Origin: a virus
Lineage: Duplodnaviria > Caudoviricetes
Reading direction: 5' to 3' (one strand)
Virus record (IMG/VR): IMGVR_UViG_3300033519_000095
Coordinates: 1 to 49,816 of that record
Length of the DNA: 49,816 bases
The number at the start of each line of letters is the position of its first letter. Position 1 is the stretch's first letter. Of this stretch, positions 35,901 to 44,656 are shown piece after piece. The translations under genes were made by a program, and so were the position numbers. Below the pieces are notes generated by a model. That model saw nothing but the letters and a program-made list of their open reading frames with translations. It was not told the DNA's origin and searched no databases.

Positions 35901-38894
35901 ACTTTAAGAAATTCATACTTTGAAAAATATACTAAAAATTATAATTTATTTGATTATATAAGACTTATTAAATTCTTTGATAACTCTTTATTTAAAATGA
36001 TAAAAGATTTTGTACCCGCACGTACAAGTCTTGCATCTGGTATTGTTATAAAACAACATTTACTTGAAAGAAATAGATACCCTCAACCTCAAATGTCTTG
36101 GAGTGATTTAGATATTTCTGGTACTCTAAAACCACAATGGAATAATTACGAACCGGGAACTGTAGAGCATTTTGAAGGTGGGGCAGCAGGGATGTTTAAT
36201 CCTTTTAATGGAGTTGAAACTTCTCCATATGGTCTTGATAGTAATAGCCCTACTAATAGATTTGGAATAACCCAAAGTTGGTACGAAACTTACCCGACAC
36301 TATCAGGATCAGTGACTATGTTGCATGATAATCAAGATGAGTTTTTTAACGGTGAATTTAGTGGATCTATAATATTAATTACAACACAAAGTCTAAACCA
36401 AGCATATCCTGTAGATTTACATGGATTTAACTATACTCCTATTCTTTATAGTAATCAATTATATGAACAATTAGATTATTCAACTTTCACCCAAGATCAA
36501 TTTTCAAATTCACTAACATATCCCAATCCTGGAGAAATATTAATATTAGCTCCTAAAATAAATAAAATAAGTATTTTAAATCCTCCTGGGCAAAAAGGTA
36601 ATGCTTACATAAAAATCCATAAGTTTGATAATAATGGATTTAATAACAATATTCCTTTAGGGCAAGTAATAAATCTATTAATTAAATATACTAATAATCC
36701 TATTTATACATCATATAAAATATTAAATATAAATGAGTATCCTGACTATTATTTATACCAAATTTCAAATCAAAATATTGACATTATAGGAACCGGCATA
36801 GATAATTATATTAAAGATTATAATATATATTCCTCTACCACATCAAGTTTAACTCTTGGAGGCCCTAATTTCCAAACCCTAACTAATTGGTCCCAAACAA
36901 CCGGAAATATAAACAATTACTTCAATACTTCATCAGGATTATATACTTCCTCAATGTCTAATAATATAGCTTTATATATTTCAGCTTCAGCATTATTCCA
37001 AGGATCATCAGGTGGTAATGCTAATTTTATTATAAGAGTAGTTAATATTAACGGAGTAATTACAGACTTAGCTGCAACTTCAAGTGCTATTTCAATATTA
37101 AATCCAAATATATCTCTTACAGCTACATATTATGCATTACCTGGAGATGAACTTAAATTACAAATATCTAGAAATTCAGGAACTCCTGTATTTCTAACAG
37201 GAAGTATTAATATAACTCAATCAACTCCCCCATCAGTTGCAGAATTAGATTCCGTTATTCTTGAACCATATATAACAACCACAAATTATTATAATAGTGA
37301 TAACAACTCACTTATTAATAATATTTCAAATAATCGAAAAAGCACAATATATCAAGATGTTAATTATAATCAAGGTGCCTTAGTACCTATTAATTTTGAT
37401 TTATTGATTGATGGAGATGCTCAAAAAGCAGAAATACAAGACTCAAATTATACCCTAAGTCGCCATACAAATCCCAGATATAATGGTAGTAAAACTACTT
37501 CTCAATTTATAAATATTTGGTCTCCATCTGATATTAATACCTATGGAAAATTACCAAATGTAGAATCTAATAAAATTCATATAGCTTATTGTGATACTAT
37601 AGAAGAATATTCTCCTAATAAAATGAATTCATCTGCGATTGTAATAAGATATTTAATAGATGAAAATGGCACTATTTCAATCCCAAACACTTCGGAAAAT
37701 TCACTAACAAATACTCAAAATACTTTCTTAACAGGTGAGAAATTAATAATTTCCACGAATTCAATAGGCTCAGGACTAAATAACTATAGAAATATCATTA
37801 GAGGAGGATATAGGATAGAAAATTTATTATATAATCAATCAGGAAGTATACCTGGGTGTAGTTTTTTATCAACTATAAAATTAACTGATAAAAATGAAAC
37901 TGGTAATATTATATCTGATTTTCAAGCATTATTATCACCTACCACATATCATGATATTGGTGGTGTAAGTGCTGGGTTTGTTGAAATGAAAATGCCTACA
38001 ATAGTATCTTCAGGATCCGCATTACCTCCATATTTAACATATGTTGGAAGTACCCCAACACAACGTTATAAAATAACCACAGGAATGATATCTGAGGGGG
38101 TTAGTATTACTTTAAATGCTGAATTATATATAACAAATAATAATTCTTTTCAATCAACAGCATATGCTCAATTTATTAAAAATAATACAACATATATAGG
38201 AATACCTATTGGAGTTAATAATAATGGATATATAAATGGTATGGCTCAATCCAACCCATTAAATATTTCCTATACCATACCCCATGATCAACTAGTAGAT
38301 GGAGATGAATACTCAATAATGATAATATCAGGACATACTATGGTTTATTATGAATCCACATCTAAAATCCAAATTACACAATCTCCAACCCCCACATCAC
38401 CTATATCTACTGTGGGGTTATGGGTATCGGGATCTTCAACAACATCTTTTAAAAACATATTATATACTACTAACCCTACATTAGTAACATATTTTAATAC
38501 ATCAAATACTTTCCAAGAAAATATACCAAATTCAGGATTTAAACCTATTACACTTCCCTGGGGGTTAGAAGCAGGGGATGAATTCCGGTTTGAAGGAAGA
38601 GAAGATAAAGTATGGAAGGTAAATAAAGCAACTCTAATCCCAGAATTTTTATTATTCCCCAGTCATATAGCCGTAGAAATGGATAAACCTCTACCCATTT
38701 CAGGATCAGTAAATCTTGATCAATTCTCAATTCGTAGATATGTTGAGGATGCTAGTGTAATTATATTTGAAGGACTCAAACCAGGAAATGATGCCGGCCC
38801 TTATATTGTAAGTCCTGAATTCGTAAGTTTACCATTAAGAAAAAACAAAGATATATTTATTACAGATCTTACACAAAAAGGTTTGCTTCCGTAA
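32979..38894 (+). CDS. giant baseplate/tail structural protein (1971 aa)
   Basis: YKRIYHNLPYLLKSKGT (gp7/P2 gpI-like); LamG-like segment; S/G/T-rich variable C-terminus. Confidence 0.7.
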   Translation: MAAEIIPIDTQDLTTQIYIGQDINLISTFNVTASLSSSSYIEYFTYDLNQNLLTTDYNYTQYTVTNDGQSAGLNNTLSSINIDPEQSLLIDGFDQGSYITYYNFLNKQIGSNIEQLYITEISSDRTEVRLDSTVLSNLDIVEKTNTFIQERNNSIYFLDFYLNFGDNQLLISNNISLDDQDPNNPTILVKLYEPLPDDFDLNSTLWVVTSIEESIAYQVNFEDEPIIIQDTTPIKGPNFNLYLKDQVNNSSLELSYADLIATSLTSSHNQLNSLLEEKEIDINIDYTNFNNFIHFSSAQTRLENFYYKVSLIEQYSSSIAVLNSTNSSSIAVGETSTVLENKISDIITNFDGYDYYLYYSSGSYAWPKTTSEPPYQLATTTSPTVLNWFGSPNETDPYFGGIINSASSFDNKNKDNLLFSIPEFLRDDPDNSQYELFIDMIAQHFDNIWIYYKDVTQKFDADNRLESGISKDIVADAIRDFGIKLYQNNFSNEDLFTAFLGLTPEGGLFPFPNITGSLPTPSGYEYVDTLISASNDYLPLDDVNKSLYKRIYHNLPYLLKSKGTIPGLRALITSYGIPDTILRINEYGGKDKVEKNDWDYWQNEFNYTFYTSASNYVTSSWGLNTDWGSINNVPGAVMFRFKLDTPDPLLGSPNQILFSDPQIKQELSISYTGSGYTSGSYSGSIADPYYQYATLTFTPDTSYPTSTASVYLPFYNEGWWSVLLNASTDIDNPSNITFNLYASNKIYEGGDNGTLLGFIASSSILDSSGLWSSFNDVYFGYTTTGSLQEIRYYTNPISESVFKDYVMNPYSIEGNSLNSGPNELAFRASLGGELYTGLTSIHPKVTGSWIPTSSFVGNSNFSFAYSKPTFIPNTEYFFYDQPVIGIQNAVSDKIRLEDNIMPSGSTLSAYRRIVQNSEVSASYTPATNLLEVAFSPQDEINDDISSQIGYFNIGDFIGDPAFRSSQLTSYPDLDTLRNSYFEKYTKNYNLFDYIRLIKFFDNSLFKMIKDFVPARTSLASGIVIKQHLLERNRYPQPQMSWSDLDISGTLKPQWNNYEPGTVEHFEGGAAGMFNPFNGVETSPYGLDSNSPTNRFGITQSWYETYPTLSGSVTMLHDNQDEFFNGEFSGSIILITTQSLNQAYPVDLHGFNYTPILYSNQLYEQLDYSTFTQDQFSNSLTYPNPGEILILAPKINKISILNPPGQKGNAYIKIHKFDNNGFNNNIPLGQVINLLIKYTNNPIYTSYKILNINEYPDYYLYQISNQNIDIIGTGIDNYIKDYNIYSSTTSSLTLGGPNFQTLTNWSQTTGNINNYFNTSSGLYTSSMSNNIALYISASALFQGSSGGNANFIIRVVNINGVITDLAATSSAISILNPNISLTATYYALPGDELKLQISRNSGTPVFLTGSINITQSTPPSVAELDSVILEPYITTTNYYNSDNNSLINNISNNRKSTIYQDVNYNQGALVPINFDLLIDGDAQKAEIQDSNYTLSRHTNPRYNGSKTTSQFINIWSPSDINTYGKLPNVESNKIHIAYCDTIEEYSPNKMNSSAIVIRYLIDENGTISIPNTSENSLTNTQNTFLTGEKLIISTNSIGSGLNNYRNIIRGGYRIENLLYNQSGSIPGCSFLSTIKLTDKNETGNIISDFQALLSPTTYHDIGGVSAGFVEMKMPTIVSSGSALPPYLTYVGSTPTQRYKITTGMISEGVSITLNAELYITNNNSFQSTAYAQFIKNNTTYIGIPIGVNNNGYINGMAQSNPLNISYTIPHDQLVDGDEYSIMIISGHTMVYYESTSKIQITQSPTPTSPISTVGLWVSGSSTTSFKNILYTTNPTLVTYFNTSNTFQENIPNSGFKPITLPWGLEAGDEFRFEGREDKVWKVNKATLIPEFLLFPSHIAVEMDKPLPISGSVNLDQFSIRRYVEDASVIIFEGLKPGNDAGPYIVSPEFVSLPLRKNKDIFITDLTQKGLLP

Positions 38895-38939
38895 TATTTA
38901 TTAGTATAATATATTATTAATTATTAAAACCTAGAAATC

Positions 38940-39596
38940 ATCGGATATTTAAATAATCAAGTTGTTACAATTGACGCAATATTAACAACAAAAGGTAGAG
39001 AATTATTAGCTAAAAATGATGGCTCATTTAGAATTACTCAATTTGCCTTAGCAGATGATGAGATAGATTATACTCTATATAACCCTACTCATCCTTCAGG
39101 TTCTTCTTTTTATGGTGAAGCTATTGAAAATATGCCTTTACTAGAAGCTTTCCCACAGGAGACACAGATTATGAAATATAAATTAGCTACTCTACCTCGT
39201 GGAACTGCTAAATTACCTGTACTAGATTTAGGATATGCAGCTATTTCATTAGTACAAGGAGCTTCATTATCTATTACACCACAAACCCTTAATTATTTAG
39301 GCAATACTCAAGCATATGAAACTAGTGGATATTCAGCTACAATTTCAGATGTTCGTTTAATGAGTATATTTAATGGGGTTGGTATTAATACAACATCCGC
39401 TCTTACAGCTAATACAACAACAACATTAGGAACTAACGTTTCAACAACAGTTACAGGAACTCAAATCAATTTAAGAGCAACTACTGTAAATACCTTATTT
39501 GGGATAAACACTCAATTATCTGCTACATTGACCGTTGTAGGTTTAGATAGTGGTGCTAGATTAACTATTCCTATTACTATTAACAAAACAAACTAA
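38940..39596 (+). CDS. tail/baseplate protein; probable true start at ATC 38940
   Basis: Open frame (I)GYLNNQVVTIDAILTTKGRELLA...ITQFALADDEIDY extends 64 codons upstream of the ATG at 39132, right after the late motif. Confidence 0.7.
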   Translation: MGYLNNQVVTIDAILTTKGRELLAKNDGSFRITQFALADDEIDYTLYNPTHPSGSSFYGEAIENMPLLEAFPQETQIMKYKLATLPRGTAKLPVLDLGYAAISLVQGASLSITPQTLNYLGNTQAYETSGYSATISDVRLMSIFNGVGINTTSALTANTTTTLGTNVSTTVTGTQINLRATTVNTLFGINTQLSATLTVVGLDSGARLTIPITINKTN

Positions 39597-39607
39597 AAAA
39601 TAAATAA

Positions 39608-40615
39608 ATGAGCTTTAAAAGATTCGATGCTGAAGATTTTGTGGTAAGTAGTAATTCAATTACATCTACGCTTTGGTCAACAGATTCACCAACATTAACT
39701 ACATTCATTACAAATTCAATACAAGAAGCAAGCATATCAGGTGATTATTATCTAAGTATATATCAAACATCATCCGCAGAAGCTGTTGTTCAATTTGATA
39801 TAGCTTATTGTGATTCTAAAGGTAGTGGTAGTTCATTATATAACAGCGCGGTACCGGAAAATTCACCAACAAAAACAACTTATGGACAATATAGAACATT
39901 AATTTTAGAGGATGAAAATTCCAATTTTACGTTTGGTGTTGGAAATAATGTAATCACATCTTCAAACTTTTGGGCTTTAAATTTTGAAAGAGCTCGCTAC
40001 AAAGAATCTTTATTTCCTGGATCCTTAAATATAAAATTATCAGGTTCTGGAGGTATAATTAATTTAACAGATAATTCAAATGATATATCAGTTAATACAT
40101 TTATTGGTGCATCCAGAGTATTCCAATTAATTTCAGGATCAAATGGATCAGCAGGATCATTAGCAAATAGTGGATATGTATTAGGATCAGGTTCATATGG
40201 TTTAGTATTTCCAGACCTAGGACTTATTTTATTAAACCCATCAGCTATATCTCAATCAATTAAAGTTACCCCTAATAGATCTAATGGTTATGATGGATTA
40301 AATAATATAATATTATATTCTGCTATTAAGGGTGGTGCTAATTTTACTATTAATTCTCAAGAAACCATAACATCAGATTTTATATTTGTTAGATCTAGAA
40401 ATAGTGAATTTAACTACTCAGAAAACCCATCATTCATTTCCGGATCCACAGGTGAGGTAATTTATAATAGTTTTATAAATAATCCACAAACATATATCAC
40501 AACAGTTGGTTTATATAATGATAGTAATGAATTAGTTGCTGTAGCTAAATTGTCAAGACCTTTAATTAAAGATTTCACAAAAGAAAGTTTAATCCGCGTG
40601 AAGTTGGATTTTTGA
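39608..40615 (+). CDS. tail/baseplate structural protein
   Basis: C-terminal YITTVGLYNDSNELVAVAKLSRP, shared with the next ORF. Confidence 0.7.
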   Translation: MSFKRFDAEDFVVSSNSITSTLWSTDSPTLTTFITNSIQEASISGDYYLSIYQTSSAEAVVQFDIAYCDSKGSGSSLYNSAVPENSPTKTTYGQYRTLILEDENSNFTFGVGNNVITSSNFWALNFERARYKESLFPGSLNIKLSGSGGIINLTDNSNDISVNTFIGASRVFQLISGSNGSAGSLANSGYVLGSGSYGLVFPDLGLILLNPSAISQSIKVTPNRSNGYDGLNNIILYSAIKGGANFTINSQETITSDFIFVRSRNSEFNYSENPSFISGSTGEVIYNSFINNPQTYITTVGLYNDSNELVAVAKLSRPLIKDFTKESLIRVKLDF

Positions 40616-40696
40616 TACTAATAAGTGTTTCTTTAGTAAATTTAACATATTTGCAATCAACATAATATAGTGGTTGATAAAATTAAAAAATATTGA

Positions 40697-41704
40697 ATGA
40701 ATATATTCAAACCATTTATTACGTCGGATGTTATAGTCTCGCCTTTTAAAGTAAATAAAACATTTCTATATAATGGAATTACTGCTTTAACTGGTTCAGG
40801 AATTGATCTATTTATAGGAAATAACATTGACCCTCTCCTGTGGGTATCTGGTTCAAATCCAACAGGTTATAATACAACTCAAGATCAATTTTTAATATAT
40901 CGCTCCATTAGAGAACTTTATTATTCTAATTTCATATATGGAAATAATGGTTCATATGCAAATACAGCATCCTTTAATACTGATGGAACTATAATAGGTC
41001 CATCATATGAACCAAGTTATTATAATTATTTAGCAAATACATTACCTTCTAATAGATATTTCCCAACAGGTTCAAATGAAATTATAGGTATAATTTCTAT
41101 ACCTTCAAATTTATTTGGAGAATATATTAAACCTGGTAGTTTTCATTTATCTATAAATGGTGCAAATGATTATGTTGATGATAGTTATATAGATAATTAT
41201 TTTGATAATTTATCATCTATAGTTATATATGATGATAGTCAAGGAAACCTAATATCAGGTAATTTAAAAGTAGGAGATATAATATATGAACATGGTATAA
41301 TCATTTTAACAAATGATGGTATACCTGGACAAAATGGTTATGGTTATGTAAATTATGAGGGGGGTACTTATGGATTAGATGATATGTCCTTTATAGAAGA
41401 TTTTATTAATAGTCCTGATCTAGTATGTATTTTTGATAGTACAATAACTATATATGAATCCCAATACAAATGTACTATTAGAGAAAATGAATTCAATTTT
41501 TCTCTAAATCCAAGCTTAATATCAGGGAGCTTAAATAGTGGTGTAATTTCTAGCTTTGCTACCGGTTCATATTTTACACCATATGTTACAACAGTTGGTT
41601 TATATAATAACAATAAAGAATTATTAGCTGTAGCTAAATTAGCTCAACCATTGCCTTCATCCGCTGTAACAGATACAACAATAATGATAAATTTAGATTT
41701 ATAA
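40697..41704 (+). CDS. tail/baseplate structural protein (paralog of previous)
   Basis: EFNFS-x-NPS-x-ISGS and YVTTVGLYN-x3-ELLAVAKL. Confidence 0.7.
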   Translation: MNIFKPFITSDVIVSPFKVNKTFLYNGITALTGSGIDLFIGNNIDPLLWVSGSNPTGYNTTQDQFLIYRSIRELYYSNFIYGNNGSYANTASFNTDGTIIGPSYEPSYYNYLANTLPSNRYFPTGSNEIIGIISIPSNLFGEYIKPGSFHLSINGANDYVDDSYIDNYFDNLSSIVIYDDSQGNLISGNLKVGDIIYEHGIIILTNDGIPGQNGYGYVNYEGGTYGLDDMSFIEDFINSPDLVCIFDSTITIYESQYKCTIRENEFNFSLNPSLISGSLNSGVISSFATGSYFTPYVTTVGLYNNNKELLAVAKLAQPLPSSAVTDTTIMINLDL

Positions 41705-41709
41705 ATTTT

Positions 41710-42168
41710 ATGGAAAATTGGTTTTATAAAGGCAATAAAATACAAGAATTAACAGACTTCCCAGAGGGATCATTTGGTTTTATTTACATCACAGTCCATT
41801 TACCTACAGGTAAATCTTATTTAGGTAAGAAATCTCTTTATCATACTTCAAAAAAAAAACTTACTAAAAAAGAATTAGCAGAACAACCAATAACTAGAGG
41901 TAGAGCTAAAACAACCAAACAAATAGTCAAAGAATCAGATTGGAAAACATATTATGGATCAGCTAAACCTATACTAGAACTAATTAAACAAGGTAAACAA
42001 TCAGATTTTGATCGTAAAATACTACATATAGTAGACAATAAAAAATTATTAACATATTATGAATGTAAATATCTATTCATTCATGGAGTATTAGAAAATC
42101 CAGATGATTGGATTAACGATAATATACAAGGACGTTTCTTCAGGAAAGACTTTGATTCTCAAAATTAG
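41710..42168 (+). CDS. GIY-YIG-like (Seg-like) nuclease
   Basis: GFIY...GKSYLGKK...SDWKTYYGS...E...NDNI. Confidence 0.7.
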   Translation: MENWFYKGNKIQELTDFPEGSFGFIYITVHLPTGKSYLGKKSLYHTSKKKLTKKELAEQPITRGRAKTTKQIVKESDWKTYYGSAKPILELIKQGKQSDFDRKILHIVDNKKLLTYYECKYLFIHGVLENPDDWINDNIQGRFFRKDFDSQN

Positions 42169-42186
42169 CTTTGTATATTGTAATTT

Positions 42187-43107
42187 ATGGTAAATGAACT
42201 ATTAGTAAATTTAGTAAATAATGCTTTAGGGCAAGGTAAAAGAACCGCACGGGGAAACCAAGCATATATTTGTCCTTTCTGCAATCACCATAAACCAAAA
42301 TTAGAAGTAAACTTTACAGAAAATAGTGAAGGTAAAAATCCTTGGGCATGTTGGACTTGTGGAAAAAAAGGTCAAACTATTAGAAGTTTATTTAAACAAT
42401 CTCAACAATCCCCTGAATTTATATCCCAATTAAAACCACTAGTTAAAACTGGAGGTATGTATGAAAAATCACATGATATAAATATAGTTGAATTACCCTC
42501 TGAGTTTAGGCAATTTGACGATACTATTATTTCAAGACATGCTCTAAATTATTTGCATAAAAGAAATATTACACAGAGTGATATAGACAAATATGGGATG
42601 GGATTCTGTGAATATGGTCAATATGCTAAAATGATAGTTATACCCTCATATAGTGACAACGGTAATTTAAATTATTTCACCGCGAGATCATTCGAGAAAG
42701 AACCATATATAAAATACCGCAACCCAGAAGCATCTCGCGATATTATACCATTTGAAATGTTTATTAATTGGGATTTACCTATTATATTATGTGAAGGTCC
42801 ATTTGATGCTATTGCAATTAAAAGAAATGCTATTCCTTTATTTGGGAAAAACATCCAACCAGCATTAATGAAAAAAATCGTTACCTCAAAGGTACAAAAA
42901 ATATATATAGCACTTGATAATGATGCTTTAAATAAGGCTTTAGAATTTTGTGAATTGCTTCTTAACGAAGGTAAAGAAGTATATTTAGTAAAACTAGAAG
43001 GAAAAGATCCTTCTGATATGGGATTTGAATACTTCACAAAACTAATCCAAAAAACAACACCATTAACTAACTATAAATTAATGGAAAATAAATTACAATT
43101 GATATGA
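42187..43107 (+). CDS. DNA primase (Zn finger plus TOPRIM)
   Basis: CPFC-x-H...CWTC; CEGPFDA; ALDND; KDPSD. Confidence 0.9.
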   Translation: MVNELLVNLVNNALGQGKRTARGNQAYICPFCNHHKPKLEVNFTENSEGKNPWACWTCGKKGQTIRSLFKQSQQSPEFISQLKPLVKTGGMYEKSHDINIVELPSEFRQFDDTIISRHALNYLHKRNITQSDIDKYGMGFCEYGQYAKMIVIPSYSDNGNLNYFTARSFEKEPYIKYRNPEASRDIIPFEMFINWDLPIILCEGPFDAIAIKRNAIPLFGKNIQPALMKKIVTSKVQKIYIALDNDALNKALEFCELLLNEGKEVYLVKLEGKDPSDMGFEYFTKLIQKTTPLTNYKLMENKLQLI

Positions 43108-43886
43108 AAAAATTTAAAGAAAAAACATATAAAACATCATATGATAGAGTATTAAAAATATCTGAGGATTACCAACAAATTACTATGCCTGATTCGCGTT
43201 ATTATAAACGAAATGGTGAATATTATCCATCAATTACTCATGTTTTATCATCATATCCCAAAGGAAAATATTTTGAACAATGGCTTAAACAAGTAGGTTT
43301 TGCTGCTGATTATATAGTTAAAAAAGCAGGAGAACAAGGAACAGCGACACATAATCTTATTGAATCTTATCTTCAAGGAGAAGAACAGTCATTTTTAAAT
43401 GAAAATAAACACCCTCAATATGATGTTGAGGTTTGGAAAATGTTCTTAAGGTTTGTTGATTTTTGGGAAACATATAACCCAAAATTAATTGAAGAAGAAG
43501 TACATTTATTTTCAGATAAATATAAAGTAGCAGGAACCTGTGATTTAGTATGTGAAATTAATGGAGAACGTTGGATTATAGATTTCAAAACATCAAATCA
43601 TTTACAACCAACATATGATTTACAATGTGCTATATATGCTCAATGTTATGAAGAATGTTATGAAAAAAAAATAGATAGAGTTGGAATTTTATGGTTAAAA
43701 TCAACAAAACGAAAATCATCTAAAGATAAAATGGTAGGTAAAAATTGGGAAATGTATGAATCCTCTAGAACTCAAGAAGAAAATTTAAATATATTTGCGA
43801 CCGTTAAAGTATTATTTGATTTAGAAAACCCTAACGAAAAACCTTCATTTACTGAATTTAAAACAACCGCTAAACGAAAGATATAA
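43104..43886 (+). CDS. PD-(D/E)XK exonuclease
   Basis: YPSITHVL, GT-x2-H, AGTCD, IIDFKTS, Q-x3-Y. Confidence 0.88.
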   Translation: MKKFKEKTYKTSYDRVLKISEDYQQITMPDSRYYKRNGEYYPSITHVLSSYPKGKYFEQWLKQVGFAADYIVKKAGEQGTATHNLIESYLQGEEQSFLNENKHPQYDVEVWKMFLRFVDFWETYNPKLIEEEVHLFSDKYKVAGTCDLVCEINGERWIIDFKTSNHLQPTYDLQCAIYAQCYEECYEKKIDRVGILWLKSTKRKSSKDKMVGKNWEMYESSRTQEENLNIFATVKVLFDLENPNEKPSFTEFKTTAKRKI

Positions 43887-43897
43887 TATGTATAAAT

Positions 43898-44656
43898 ATG
43901 ATAAGTTTAGTTCAATTATTGAAAGAAGTACAAGAGAAACCAAAAGCTATATTTTTAGCGGGTCCTGCAGGAAGCGGTAAATCTTACATATCAAAACAAA
44001 TTATACCACAATCATATGAAATTATCAATTCAGATGACACATATGAAATGCTACTAAAAACAAGTGGTATTGGATTAAAACAAAAAAATTTCACCCCAGA
44101 TCAACTTTCACAAGCATCTAAATTCCAACAACAAGCTATAAAAGCTACAAAAGAAAAATTATCTCAATCTATTGAAAACAAAAATAATATAGTCATAGAT
44201 GGGACCGGAGCATCTTCTGGTTCTGTTTTAAATAAAAAACAACAACTAACGGATTTAGGGTATGAAACATTGATGTTAATGATTTATGTTTCTCCTTTAA
44301 CTTCTCTTCAACGTAACCAAGAACGTGATAGAAGTTTAATGCCAGGTATAGTATTGAGAACTTGGAAGGATGTAAATAAAAATATAAAAATTTATAGACA
44401 AGCATTTGGAAATAATTTTATATTATTAAATAACGATCCTAAAAATGCAAATATAGAATTCAATAAAAATTTACTTGAACCTTACATCAAATCATCTACA
44501 GCTATTGGTAAACCTAAAACACCAGAACAACAGGCAAAATCCGATGCTGAAAAAGAACAACTGAATAAAGATATTGAATCTATGATAACTAAACTACCAA
44601 AATTTGATAATATAGAATCAGTAAAATCCAAAATAAATAAATTCATTAATGAATAG
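43898..44656 (+). CDS. P-loop kinase (AAA_33/zeta-toxin/PNK-like)
   Basis: AIFLAGPAGSGKS, INSDD, IVIDGTG, RNQERDR lid. Confidence 0.82.
   Translation: MISLVQLLKEVQEKPKAIFLAGPAGSGKSYISKQIIPQSYEIINSDDTYEMLLKTSGIGLKQKNFTPDQLSQASKFQQQAIKATKEKLSQSIENKNNIVIDGTGASSGSVLNKKQQLTDLGYETLMLMIYVSPLTSLQRNQERDRSLMPGIVLRTWKDVNKNIKIYRQAFGNNFILLNNDPKNANIEFNKNLLEPYIKSSTAIGKPKTPEQQAKSDAEKEQLNKDIESMITKLPKFDNIESVKSKINKFINE

Noticed and set aside
43104-43886. Cas4 of a CRISPR system
   Set aside because: No clear four-cysteine Fe-S pattern, no array, and it lies next to primase like a typical phage exonuclease.
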